Origin: Actinomycetota bacterium
Lineage (GTDB): Bacteria; Actinomycetota; Nitriliruptoria; Nitriliruptorales; Nitriliruptoraceae
Direction of reading: 5' to 3'
Assembly (NCBI GenBank): GCA_041163265.1
Contig: JBEARL010000001.1
Span: 7,750-71,749, forward strand
Length of the DNA: 64,000 bases
Under the pieces are notes generated by a model that searched no databases, was not told the origin of the DNA, and saw nothing but the letters and a program-made list of their open reading frames with translations. Both the position numbers and the translations under genes were made by a program. Shown here piece by piece: positions 27,165-36,272 of this stretch (positions are counted from its first letter, which is position 1; each line of letters starts with the position of its first letter).

Positions 27165-28895
27165 ATGACCGAGGGCGGCACGCTCCGCCGTCTCGAGACC
27201 GACGTCCTCATCATCGGTGGGGGCGTGGCCGGCAGCCTGGCCGCCCACGAGGCGCGCGAGGCCGGCCGCGAGGTCCTGATCCTCGACAAGGCGAAGCTGC
27301 TCGAGCGGGCGGGCAGCGTCGGCGGGGGCGTCGACCAGTACCTGACCCCGATGGACTCGGGAGCCGAGTGGGACACCCCGTCCAACCTCCTCCTGCACAT
27401 CCCGACCCTCACCGACGGCCTCGTGGACATGGAGGTCGCCGCACGCGTCGTCCACGAGATGCCCGAGGTGCTGCGCCGCCTCGAGGGCATGGGCATCGAC
27501 TTCAAGGACCCGGACACGGGCGAGTACCTGCGGACCCGCGCGTTCGGACTGCCGGGCGAGTTCCACCTCAACTTCGACGGCAAGCGCTTCAAGTACCGCA
27601 TCGCGAAGGCCGTCAAGAAGGGCGGCAGCCGGTTCATCGGTCGCGCCATGGCGACCGACATCCTGATCGATCCCGACACCGGCGAGGCGTTCGGGGCGCT
27701 CGGGTTCAACGTCCGCACCGGCGAGTGGTACGTCATCCGCGCACGGGCGGTCATCGTCGCGACGGGCGAGGTCAACCGCATCGCCCGCAACGCCTCCGGC
27801 CTGCCGTTCGACAGCTGGCACTACCCGTACAACACGGGCGACGGCCACGCGATGGCGTTCCGCGTCGGCGCCGAGCTGACCAACATGGAGTTCGTCGAGG
27901 CGACGCTCACGCCGCGAGGGTTCTCGGTGCAGGGCACCAACTCGTACGCGGGGCTCGGCGCCCACTTCGTCAACCGCCACGGCGAGCGGTACATGTTCAA
28001 GTACGACCCGAAGGGCGAGAAGGCCCGCCGGACGATGCTGATCGAGGGCTGGGTCGCCGAGACGCGGGCAGGGAACGGGCCGCTGTACATCGACCTCCGC
28101 CATCTCCCCGACAACGTGCTCGACCACTTCGAGCGCACGCTCGGTGTCGACCGTGAGACCCTGCCGGACTTCTTCGCGCAGAAGGGCATCGACCTGCGCC
28201 GCGACCTCATCGAGATCGTCGTGTCAGAGGTCTCGATCCGCCGTGGCGGCGTCTACTTCCGCGGCAGCGGCCTCATGGTCGATCCCGACGGAGAGACCTC
28301 GGTCGCCAACCTCTACGCCGCGGGGGACTGCTCGATCGTGAGCGGCGGCATCGCCGGAGCGGCCGCACTCGGGGCCGTGACGGGTCGCGCCGCGGCGGCA
28401 CGGGCCGCGGTCCGCGAGCGCCTTCCCGAGGTGGACGACGCGTCGATCGAGTCGGCCCGCGAGCGAGTCACCGCACCGCTCGGCCGCGGCGACGGGCTGG
28501 GGTGGCGCGAGTTCGAGGACGAGATCCGCAGCCTCGTCACCGACCACCTGGGCCTGACCCGCGAGGAGCGTGGCATGCGCAGGGCCCTCGACGGTCTGCT
28601 GGCGCTGGGCCGGCGCGAGCCCGAGCTGGCGGCGTCGAACTGGCACCACCTGATGCGGGTCCACGAGTCGACGAGCATCCGGCTCTGCGCCGAGATCCTC
28701 GCCCGTACGGCCATCGAGCGGCAGGAGTCGCGGTCGGGGGCCGCGCACCGGCGCGTCGACTTCCCCGAGACGTCCGAGGCCTGGCGCCGCCTCATCGTCG
28801 TCAAGCGCGGCGACGACGGCTCGCCGGTCCTCCGGCACCGCGATCCCGACGACCGGACGAGCGTCGCCCCACCGGCGGCGCTGGTCCGCGGCTGA
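27165..28895 (+). CDS. FAD flavoprotein of the succinate dehydrogenase/fumarate reductase/AprA superfamily (AprA-like)
   Basis: AGGAGG RBS. Motifs VLIIGGGVAGS and YNTGDGHAMAFRVGAELTNMEF. 576 aa. No membrane-anchor or SdhB-type partner is present. Confidence 0.8.
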   Translation: MTEGGTLRRLETDVLIIGGGVAGSLAAHEAREAGREVLILDKAKLLERAGSVGGGVDQYLTPMDSGAEWDTPSNLLLHIPTLTDGLVDMEVAARVVHEMPEVLRRLEGMGIDFKDPDTGEYLRTRAFGLPGEFHLNFDGKRFKYRIAKAVKKGGSRFIGRAMATDILIDPDTGEAFGALGFNVRTGEWYVIRARAVIVATGEVNRIARNASGLPFDSWHYPYNTGDGHAMAFRVGAELTNMEFVEATLTPRGFSVQGTNSYAGLGAHFVNRHGERYMFKYDPKGEKARRTMLIEGWVAETRAGNGPLYIDLRHLPDNVLDHFERTLGVDRETLPDFFAQKGIDLRRDLIEIVVSEVSIRRGGVYFRGSGLMVDPDGETSVANLYAAGDCSIVSGGIAGAAALGAVTGRAAAARAAVRERLPEVDDASIESARERVTAPLGRGDGLGWREFEDEIRSLVTDHLGLTREERGMRRALDGLLALGRREPELAASNWHHLMRVHESTSIRLCAEILARTAIERQESRSGAAHRRVDFPETSEAWRRLIVVKRGDDGSPVLRHRDPDDRTSVAPPAALVRG

Positions 28896-28906
28896 GGAGG
28901 CCGACC

Positions 28907-29278
28907 ATGGCGGAGCCCGTCCGGCCGGTGCGCCACGAGCCGCACCCCGACACCCCCCGGGACACGCACAACCCGATCGACGTCGATCCCGAGACCTGCA
29001 TCAGTTGCGTCGTCTGTGACTACGTCTGCCCCGGGGACATCATCTACGCCCCGGATCCGACCTCCAACGACCTGCCCGTGATCAAGTACCCGGACGAGTG
29101 CTGGTACTGCGGGCTGTGCCAGCAGGCCTGCCCGACCGACGCCATCACGGTCGTGTTCCCCGAGCGGATGCTGGCGTCCACGTCCCCGGTCGAGGCGCTG
29201 ATCGGGGTCCTGCCGCCGGAGTACGGTGGCATCACCGTGACGGACGCGGACCGCGGTGGGGCGGGGGATCGTGGCTGA
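28907..29278 (+). CDS. 2x[4Fe-4S] ferredoxin, AprB-like
   Basis: ATG 28907 behind GAGGAGG. Two CxxCxxCxxxCP motifs (CISCVVCDYVCP, CWYCGLCQQACP). 123 aa. Confidence 0.8.
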   Translation: MAEPVRPVRHEPHPDTPRDTHNPIDVDPETCISCVVCDYVCPGDIIYAPDPTSNDLPVIKYPDECWYCGLCQQACPTDAITVVFPERMLASTSPVEALIGVLPPEYGGITVTDADRGGAGDRG

Positions 29279-30344
29279 CGAGCAGGTCGAGGCGGCGATC
29301 CAGCACTGGGCGCCACGCTTCGTCTCGAACGGCATCCCGCTCCACGACTTCCGCGAGACCACCGCGGGCATCGACCGCTGGGACGACTGGTGCGCGGCCT
29401 GGGTGGCACGCGGACGCGTCCACGAGGAGCTGGCCGAGCGGGCGCTGGAAGGCGGGCATCGGCTCACCGCGGGCGAGCATCTCGTGACGGCGGCCCGCTG
29501 CCACCACTTCGGCAAGTTCGTGTTCGTCGAGCATCCCGACGAGATGCGAGCCGCCCACCTCCTCGCCGTCGACGCCTACACCCGGGCGCTGCCGCTGCTG
29601 CGACCCCCGGGACGTCGGCTCGAGATCCCGATGGGAGCGGCCACGCTGGTCGGTGTGCTGCGGGTGCCCGAGGTCGCTTCGCCGCCTCCTGTCGTCCTGC
29701 TCGTCTCGGGTCTGGACTCGACGAAGGAGGAGGTCGACGCCTACGGCGAGCACCTCCTCGCGCGCGGGCTCGCGACGCTCGCGTTCGACGGACCGGGCCA
29801 GGGCGAGGCCGAGTACGCGGTGCCGATGCGGCACGACTTCGAGGTCGCGGTCGGAGCCGTCATCGACGTCCTCGCGGGCATCCCCACGGTCGACGGCGAT
29901 CGCGTCGGCATCTACGGCGTCAGCCTCGGTGGGCACTACGTCGTTCGGGCCGCGGCGTTCGAGCCACGGGTGCGCGCCTGCGCCTCGATCTCGGGGTCGT
30001 ACCGCGTGCTCGACTCGTGGGCCGGACGCCCGCGTGCGAACCGGATGGCGTATCAGGTCCGGGCGCATCTCGACTCGGAGGAGGCGGTCGAGGCGTTCCT
30101 CGTCGACTACGACCTGGCCGGCGTGGCCGAACGGGTGACGTGCCCGCTGTACGTCGTCGGAGGGACCCGCGACCGCCTGACGCCGCCGACCGCCGCCGAG
30201 CGCATCGCCCGCGAGGCCTCGGGGCCAGTGGTCCTCGACGTCGTCGAGGGCGGGAACCACGTCGTCAACAACATGCCGTACCGGTACCGACCGCAGGTCG
30301 CCGACTGGTTGGTGGAGGTGCTCGGAGCCGGGGCCTCGGCGTGA
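29271..30344 (+). CDS. cap-domain alpha/beta hydrolase, paralog H2
   Basis: GTG 29271 overlaps the ferredoxin stop. Motifs HWAPRFVSNG, FDGPGQGE, GVSLGG, GGTRDRL, GGNH. 357 aa. Confidence 0.85.
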   Translation: MADEQVEAAIQHWAPRFVSNGIPLHDFRETTAGIDRWDDWCAAWVARGRVHEELAERALEGGHRLTAGEHLVTAARCHHFGKFVFVEHPDEMRAAHLLAVDAYTRALPLLRPPGRRLEIPMGAATLVGVLRVPEVASPPPVVLLVSGLDSTKEEVDAYGEHLLARGLATLAFDGPGQGEAEYAVPMRHDFEVAVGAVIDVLAGIPTVDGDRVGIYGVSLGGHYVVRAAAFEPRVRACASISGSYRVLDSWAGRPRANRMAYQVRAHLDSEEAVEAFLVDYDLAGVAERVTCPLYVVGGTRDRLTPPTAAERIAREASGPVVLDVVEGGNHVVNNMPYRYRPQVADWLVEVLGAGASA

Positions 30345-31447
30345 CGCCGACCGCATCGACCCCGGAGGCTCCGTTCTCGGACCGCGAGATCGACCCGCGC
30401 ATCACCTCGGCGGTCGCGCACTGGGGCGGACGCTTCGCTGCGCACGGCATCGCGACGGGCGACTTCGCCGAGGTCACGCGCGATCTCGTCAGCTGGGACC
30501 AGTGGTGCGACGCCTGGAGCGCGCGTGGCGAGGTCCACGCGGCGCTGGGCGCCGCGGCCGAGGTCGAGGGGCGGCTGGTCAGCGCCGGCGGGCATCTCGT
30601 GACGGCGGCCCTCTGCTACCACTACGGGAAGTTCCTGTTCGTCCAGGATGTGCCGCGCATGCGGGGCGCGCACCTGCGCGCCGTGGAGCTGCACACCCGG
30701 GCGCTGCCCCACCTCTCCCCGTCGGGTGAGCGGGTCACCATCCCCTTCCCGGGACGTGACCTGCAGGGGGTGCTGCGACGGCCGATCGGGGTGACGCGCC
30801 CTCCGGTGGTGCTGCTGGTCTCGGGTCTCGACTCCACCAAGGAGGAGGCCGGACCGCATGAGGCGGCTCTTCTGGCCCGGGGTGTCGCCACGCTCGCGTT
30901 CGACGGTCCGGGGCAGGGCGAGGCCGAGTACGACCTCCCGATGCGGCACGACTTCGAGGTCCCGGTCGGGGCCGCCATCGACGCGCTGTCGGCCCGTGAG
31001 GACGTCGACGCGGATCGCGTCGGCCTGTGGGGACGCAGCCTCGGCGGGCATTACGTGGTCCGCGCGGCCGCGTTCGAGCCGCGCGTCCGGGCCTGCGTCT
31101 CGCTCTCGGGCTCGTACCGCGTGCTCGACACCTGGGAGCGCCGTCCCGGCCTCAACCGGATGGCCTACGTCGTCCGGTCGCACTCGTCGTCCGAGGACGA
31201 GGCCGCGCGGCGACTCGAGGCGTTCGACCTCGCAGGTGTGACCGAGCACGTGACCTGCCCGATGTACGTCGTCGGGGGGACCGCTGACCGCCTGACCTCG
31301 CACGAGGTCGCGGTCCGGATCGCGTCGGAGGTGCGCGGACCGGTCCGCCTGAACGTCATCGAGGGTGGGACGCACACCGGCAGCAACAAGCCGTACGCGT
31401 ATCGGCCCGAGGCGGCGGACTGGCTGGCCGCGATGCTCGCCGCCTGA
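30341..31447 (+). CDS. cap-domain alpha/beta hydrolase, paralog H3 (tandem to H2)
   Basis: GTGA overlap with the H2 stop. Motifs HWGGRFAAHG, FDGPGQGE, GRSLGG, GGTADRL, GGTH. 368 aa. Confidence 0.85.
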   Translation: MTPTASTPEAPFSDREIDPRITSAVAHWGGRFAAHGIATGDFAEVTRDLVSWDQWCDAWSARGEVHAALGAAAEVEGRLVSAGGHLVTAALCYHYGKFLFVQDVPRMRGAHLRAVELHTRALPHLSPSGERVTIPFPGRDLQGVLRRPIGVTRPPVVLLVSGLDSTKEEAGPHEAALLARGVATLAFDGPGQGEAEYDLPMRHDFEVPVGAAIDALSAREDVDADRVGLWGRSLGGHYVVRAAAFEPRVRACVSLSGSYRVLDTWERRPGLNRMAYVVRSHSSSEDEAARRLEAFDLAGVTEHVTCPMYVVGGTADRLTSHEVAVRIASEVRGPVRLNVIEGGTHTGSNKPYAYRPEAADWLAAMLAA

Positions 31448-31490
31448 GCCGTCACGGGTCGGGCGGCCGCCCTCGGCGGGACGACCGGCG

Positions 31491-32693
31491 TCAGGACGAG
31501 GGGACCCCCGGACCGCGCCCAGACGGGGCGCGGCGGACCGACGCGGCGCTGGCCCCGAGCAGCCCCCCCGACAGCACGAAGATCGAGCCGAGCCCGGCCG
31601 CGCCGGCGACCAGACCGGCCGCCACCGGCAGCAGCAGCTGCGCGAGGCGGTTGCCGGTGATGCGGACGCCCATCGCCGTCCCGCGCATGCCCGGTGCCAC
31701 CTCGTCCGCGATCGTGGCGAGGCTGAGTGGCTGCCCGAGACCCAGACCGAACCCCGCGACCGCCAGCAGCACCACCAGGACCGGCACCGCGGTGGTCAGC
31801 GGCAGCGCGGCCAGCATCAGCGCCGGCAGGACCATGCTGCCGGCGAGCAGCGTCCTGCGCGCCATGACGCGGAGCATGCGGAGCATCAGCACGCGCGAGA
31901 CCAGTCCCGCCGCGGCACGGACACCGAGCAGCAGTCCGATCGTGCCTGGGGCGATGCCGTTGGCCTCGCCCCAGGCAGGCAGGTAGGCGATCAGCAGGTC
32001 GATGCTGGCGAGGACGGTCAGGCTCGCGAGCATCGCGTGGGGGACGCCGGGCTGTCCCATCACGGTGCGGACGGCGCGGAAGAACGGCTGCTGCGTGGCC
32101 CCGGCCCCGGCCGTGGCGGTCTCCCGGCTCGCGGGCGGGCGCAGCATCAGTCCGACGCTGACCGCGATCCCGAGTCCGAGGGGCACTGCCGTCGAGAGGA
32201 ACACCGTGGTCAGGCTGACCCCGGCGCCGTAGGCGGCACCCGAGACCGTCGGCCCGACCATCTGCGCCAGCGACGCGACGACGGTCAGCGTCCCGAACCG
32301 CCCGTCCCGGCCGGCGGGATCGCCGGCGTTCGCCATGATGGCCTGCAGGCCGATCAACGAGGCGACCTGTCCGAGCCCGAGCAGCGCCTGCGCCGCGATC
32401 AGGGCCGGCAGCGCGTCGGAGAGCCCCAGCAGCACGGCGCTGACGGTCAGGAGACCGGTCCCGAGCGCCATGAACAGCGGCTCGCCCAGCCGGTCGATCC
32501 AGCGTCCCAGCGGGGTCGCCATCAGCGAGGACAGCAGCGCGAACGAGCCGGCCACGAGGCCCAGCTGGGCGGCGGTCGCATCCAGCTCGAGGGCGCGGTA
32601 GGTGACCATCGGGCGGGCGGCCTGGTTCCCGGTCATCGAGAGCAGCGCGACGAGGAGCACCCGGCCCTGCCAGCCGTCACGCGGCAGCCTCAT
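31491..32693 (-). CDS. MFS transporter
   Basis: 400 aa with about 12 hydrophobic segments. MFS loop motif GRWIDRLGE. Confidence 0.85.
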   Translation of the reverse strand: MRLPRDGWQGRVLLVALLSMTGNQAARPMVTYRALELDATAAQLGLVAGSFALLSSLMATPLGRWIDRLGEPLFMALGTGLLTVSAVLLGLSDALPALIAAQALLGLGQVASLIGLQAIMANAGDPAGRDGRFGTLTVVASLAQMVGPTVSGAAYGAGVSLTTVFLSTAVPLGLGIAVSVGLMLRPPASRETATAGAGATQQPFFRAVRTVMGQPGVPHAMLASLTVLASIDLLIAYLPAWGEANGIAPGTIGLLLGVRAAAGLVSRVLMLRMLRVMARRTLLAGSMVLPALMLAALPLTTAVPVLVVLLAVAGFGLGLGQPLSLATIADEVAPGMRGTAMGVRITGNRLAQLLLPVAAGLVAGAAGLGSIFVLSGGLLGASAASVRRAPSGRGPGVPSS

Positions 32694-32758
32694 GCCACGG
32701 TCCCCGCTGCCGCACTCGCGTAGGCTCCGCGTCCCGCCGGCGCTCCGGAGGTCGTCCC

Positions 32759-33163
32759 GTGTCCGATCCGATCCCGCGCGAGTCGGCCGCGGTCGCGCGC
32801 CGCCAGGACCTGTGCTTCGTCGAGCTGCCGGGCCGTGCGTCGGCCGACCCGCTCGCTCTGCTCGGCGGCGGCGCCGGGACGGGCGTCAGCGTCCGACTCG
32901 TCCGCATGGATGCGGCGCCCGGCCGCCGTCCGCACCGGCACCCGCACAGCGTCGAGGTCGTCCACGTGCTCGGCGGGCAGGGCACCGCCTGGCTCGACGG
33001 CCGCCGGACGGCCGTCGGTCCCGGCGACACCTTCCTCGTCCCCGTCGGTGCGGCGCATGCCACCCTGCCCGACCCGGGGGAGACGCTGGAGCTGCTCTGC
33101 GTCTTCCCGCACGCGGACCTCGGGGCGAACCTCGACGAGCTCGAGGGCCCGGTCCTCAGCTGA
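32759..33163 (+). CDS. cupin-domain protein
   Basis: GTG behind a GGAGG RBS. Cupin motif-1-like HRHPHSVEVVHVLGG. 134 aa. Confidence 0.75.
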   Translation: MSDPIPRESAAVARRQDLCFVELPGRASADPLALLGGGAGTGVSVRLVRMDAAPGRRPHRHPHSVEVVHVLGGQGTAWLDGRRTAVGPGDTFLVPVGAAHATLPDPGETLELLCVFPHADLGANLDELEGPVLS

Positions 33164-33180
33164 GGACTGCAGGGACGAGC

Positions 33181-33984
33181 TCATCCCCAGCGGTCGGCGA
33201 TGCGAGTCGTGAGGCGCCCCAGCCCCTCGATCTCGACGACGACCTCGTCGCCGTCCCGCAGGAAGACCTTCGGGTCCCGGCCCATCCCGACACCCGGCGG
33301 GGTCCCGGTGCAGATCAGGTCGCCGGGCTCCAGCGTGATCGTGCGGCTCAGCTCGGCGACCAGGTCGGCCACACCGAAGACCATCTCGGCGGTCGTCCCG
33401 TCCTGCATGACCTCGCCGTTGACGAGGCAGCGCACGCGCAGGTCCTGCGGGTCCGCGACCTCGTCGGCGGTGGTCAGCCACGGCCCCATCGGGAGGAATC
33501 CGTCGATCGCCTTGCCGCGGGTCCACTGCCCACCGCTGCGCTGCAGCAGGCGGGAGGACAGGTCGTTGGTGACGGTGTAGCCGGCGACGTGCGCCAGCGC
33601 CTCGGCGCGCGGGATGTCCCGGCCGCCACGGCCGATCACGGCGACCAGCTCGGCCTCCCAGTCGAGCTCGCGCGCCAGCTCGGGCACCGTCACGGTCGCA
33701 CCGTCCGGCGCGAGCGAGTTCGCGAACTTGGCGAACAGGATCGGCTCGGTCGGGACCGGCTTGCCGGTCTCGGCGGCGTGGTCGCGGTAGTTCAGCCCGA
33801 TGCAGATGATCTTGCGGGGGTCCGGCACCGGGGCCAGGAGCTCGACGTCGGCGAGGGCGATGGCCGGACCGTCGGCTCGGGCCGAAGCCGGGTCACGCAG
33901 CAGGTCCGTGAGGGTTCCGGCGAGGGGCTGGACCCGGTCGCCGTCGAGACGGCCGTGGCCGCCGGCGTAGCTGACGATGCGCAT
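33181..33984 (-). CDS. fumarylacetoacetate hydrolase (FAH)-family enzyme
   Basis: Motifs KIICIGLNYRDHAAE, EAELVAVIG and GDLICTGTPPGVG. 267 aa. Confidence 0.9.
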   Translation of the reverse strand: MRIVSYAGGHGRLDGDRVQPLAGTLTDLLRDPASARADGPAIALADVELLAPVPDPRKIICIGLNYRDHAAETGKPVPTEPILFAKFANSLAPDGATVTVPELARELDWEAELVAVIGRGGRDIPRAEALAHVAGYTVTNDLSSRLLQRSGGQWTRGKAIDGFLPMGPWLTTADEVADPQDLRVRCLVNGEVMQDGTTAEMVFGVADLVAELSRTITLEPGDLICTGTPPGVGMGRDPKVFLRDGDEVVVEIEGLGRLTTRIADRWG

Positions 33985-34064
33985 GCTGGCTCCCTGCGGT
34001 CCGCGTGCGGCCCGCGTGCGGGTCGGGGTGGGGGATCGGGATCTCCGGGGGGTGGGCGCGCTCG

Positions 34065-35072
34065 TCAGCGTCGGACGTCGGCGAGGAGTCGCGCGAAGTT
34101 GCCGCCGAGGATCAGGTCACGGTCCGCCGCGTCCAACCCCTCGACGCGGTCGAGCGTGTCGACCGGCGTGAGGTCGCCCATCGGGAACGGGTAGTCCGAG
34201 CCGAGGACGACCCGCTCGGCACCGGCCCACCGGATCAGCAGGGCCAGCACGGCCGGGTCGTGCAGGACGGTGTCGAAGTGCACCCGCCGAAGCAGCTCGG
34301 TCGGACGCGTCGAGATACCGCCCTTGCGGCTGAGGTGCGACACGGCCTCGAAGCCGCGGTCCCATCGGCCCGACTGCCAGGGGGCGAAGCCCCCGCCATG
34401 GACCATCATCGGACGCAGGTCCGGGAAGCGGTCGAGCACGCCCCCGAACAGCATGTGCGCGATCGCGATGGTCGACTCGGCCGGGTTCCCGAGCATGTTC
34501 CCGAGGAAGTACCGCGTGACCTCGCGGCCCGCGAGCGAGTGGTAGGGGTGCAGCAGCACCGGGCAGCGCAGCTCGGCGGCCATGCCCCAGAACGGGTCCA
34601 GGTCGGGGTCGTCGAGGTCGCGACCGGCGACCGTCGTCGCGATCTCGACCCCCACCATGCCGAGGTCGACGACCGCCCGGCGCAGCTCCTCAGCGGCGTC
34701 GGCCGGGGACTGCAGCGGCACCGTGCACAGGCCGAGGAACCGGCCGGGTCGGGACGCGACCGTCTCGGCCAGCAGGTCGTTGAACCAGCGCGAGTAGGCG
34801 ACGCCGGCGTCCCGGGGCAGCGAGTAGGCCGAGAGGTCGATCCAGGTCGAGAGCAGCTGGACGTCGATGCGGGCGGCGTCCATCGAGCCGATGCGGTGCT
34901 CGACGTCGTCGAAGTCCTCCCGCAGCGGGGGCGTGGTCACGCCGCCGGCGAACCGCAGCGCGCGGCCGCGGTCGGTCCGGACCTCCTCGATGCCGTAGCG
35001 GGCGCCGTTCCGGGCCAGCTCGTCGAGCAGGCCCGTCGGGGCGCAGTGGGCGTGGACGTCGTAGGTGGTCAC
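34065..35072 (-). CDS. amidohydrolase_2 (ACMSD/decarboxylase-hydratase-type) metal-dependent hydrolase
   Basis: GTG at comp(35070..35072) behind GGAGGAGG. N-terminal DVHAHC and C-terminal GSDYPFP. 335 aa. GTGA overlap with the upstream gene. Confidence 0.85.
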   Translation of the reverse strand: MTTYDVHAHCAPTGLLDELARNGARYGIEEVRTDRGRALRFAGGVTTPPLREDFDDVEHRIGSMDAARIDVQLLSTWIDLSAYSLPRDAGVAYSRWFNDLLAETVASRPGRFLGLCTVPLQSPADAAEELRRAVVDLGMVGVEIATTVAGRDLDDPDLDPFWGMAAELRCPVLLHPYHSLAGREVTRYFLGNMLGNPAESTIAIAHMLFGGVLDRFPDLRPMMVHGGGFAPWQSGRWDRGFEAVSHLSRKGGISTRPTELLRRVHFDTVLHDPAVLALLIRWAGAERVVLGSDYPFPMGDLTPVDTLDRVEGLDAADRDLILGGNFARLLADVRR

Positions 35073-36232
35073 AGTCGTGCCTCCTCCATGCGGGCCCTGA
35101 GTGCCTCGTCCGGCTCCAGGATGTGGACGCCCGCCCCGGCGCGGTCGGACAGGTAGACCAGTCCGTCCTCGGCGACGAAGACGTCGTTGGACTGGATGTC
35201 CTGCTGCCCGTCGGGCAGGGCGGGGATGTGGTGCGCGAGCTCGACGGGGTGGGCCGGGTCGGCGACGTCGTAGACCCGCAGGCCGGCGTTGAAGTACGTC
35301 GCGAACACGACCTCGGCGCTGCGGTAGCTGCCGGGCCGGTTCTCGTGGAGGTTGTGCGGGCCGAAGCGCAGGCCGCGGGTGGCGAAGTCGCCGGCCGGCG
35401 GCTCGATGGCGGCGATGACCCGTGGATTCCGCTCGTCCGAGATGTCGACCGTCCGGATCTGGCGGACGCCGTGCGCCAGCTGGTTGTGGATCTCCTCGTC
35501 GGTCACGACCAGCACGTCGCGCCCGGGCAGCGGGAGGCAGGTGTGGGTGTCGCCGACACCCTCCCATGTGAGGAAGCTGATGGGCGTCGGGGCCGTGCGA
35601 TCCGAGATGTCGAGGATCACCATCCCGGCGTCGTTGTAGCCGAGGTAGGCACGGTCGCCGTCGACCATGGCGTGGTGGGCGGCGTAGCGCCGGCCCTCGG
35701 GCCAGGTCCGCTCCTCGTCGTCACGCTGGCCGGGCCACCACCATCGCCCGACCGCCGTCGGTCGGGTCGGATCCTCGAGGTCGACGATGACCCAGATGCG
35801 GTCGCTGAACCCCTCGGGGATGGCGGAGACGTAGGCGTACCGGCCGCCCGTCCAGACGATGCGGTGCACGCCGCGGTTGCCCGTCGACCACCATCCGATG
35901 CGCTGGGGGTCGAACGGGTCGGACAGGTCGTAGACCGCGAGCCCCTCGGACCAGGTCTCCCCGCCGCGGAAGAACTCGTGGTTCACCAGCAGCAGGCCGT
36001 CCGCGACCTGGACCTTGTGCGTGTGGGTGCCCTCGGGCGCCCGCCACTGCCGCACGAGGCGCGGTGCCGTCACGTCGCTCACGTCGAGGATGGAGGTCCC
36101 CATCCCGCTCGGACCGAAGTGACCCACGTACAGGGCATCGCCCTCGCGCTGGACCTGCATCCCGTCGCCGAAGCCACCGAGGTCGTGGTGGCCGACGAGT
36201 CGGAAGCCGTGTCCCTCCGCCGGTCGTCCCAT
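35069..36232 (-). CDS. LVIVD-repeat beta-propeller protein, function unknown
   Basis: 387 aa with no signal peptide. Repeated strand motifs: LLLVNHE, IWVIVDL, GMVILDI, IRTVDIS, LRVYDVA, VHILEP. Confidence 0.75.
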   Translation of the reverse strand: MGRPAEGHGFRLVGHHDLGGFGDGMQVQREGDALYVGHFGPSGMGTSILDVSDVTAPRLVRQWRAPEGTHTHKVQVADGLLLVNHEFFRGGETWSEGLAVYDLSDPFDPQRIGWWSTGNRGVHRIVWTGGRYAYVSAIPEGFSDRIWVIVDLEDPTRPTAVGRWWWPGQRDDEERTWPEGRRYAAHHAMVDGDRAYLGYNDAGMVILDISDRTAPTPISFLTWEGVGDTHTCLPLPGRDVLVVTDEEIHNQLAHGVRQIRTVDISDERNPRVIAAIEPPAGDFATRGLRFGPHNLHENRPGSYRSAEVVFATYFNAGLRVYDVADPAHPVELAHHIPALPDGQQDIQSNDVFVAEDGLVYLSDRAGAGVHILEPDEALRARMEEARL

Positions 36233-36272
36233 GCTGCGCTCCTTCCGTGCGCTCCTGCGCCAGGTCTCGCGG

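Noticed and set aside
26940-28127. N-terminal 396 codons of the 920-aa ORF 25365..28127
   Set aside because: This part is antisense to the AprA-like gene. The CrtI-like protein begins at the GTG at 26939, with a GGAGGA RBS and an immediate GxGxxG fold.
31461-31472. GGGCGGCCGCCC palindrome after hydrolase H3
   Set aside because: It is a zero-loop 12-mer in GC-rich DNA. It cannot form a hairpin, and chance occurrence is plausible.
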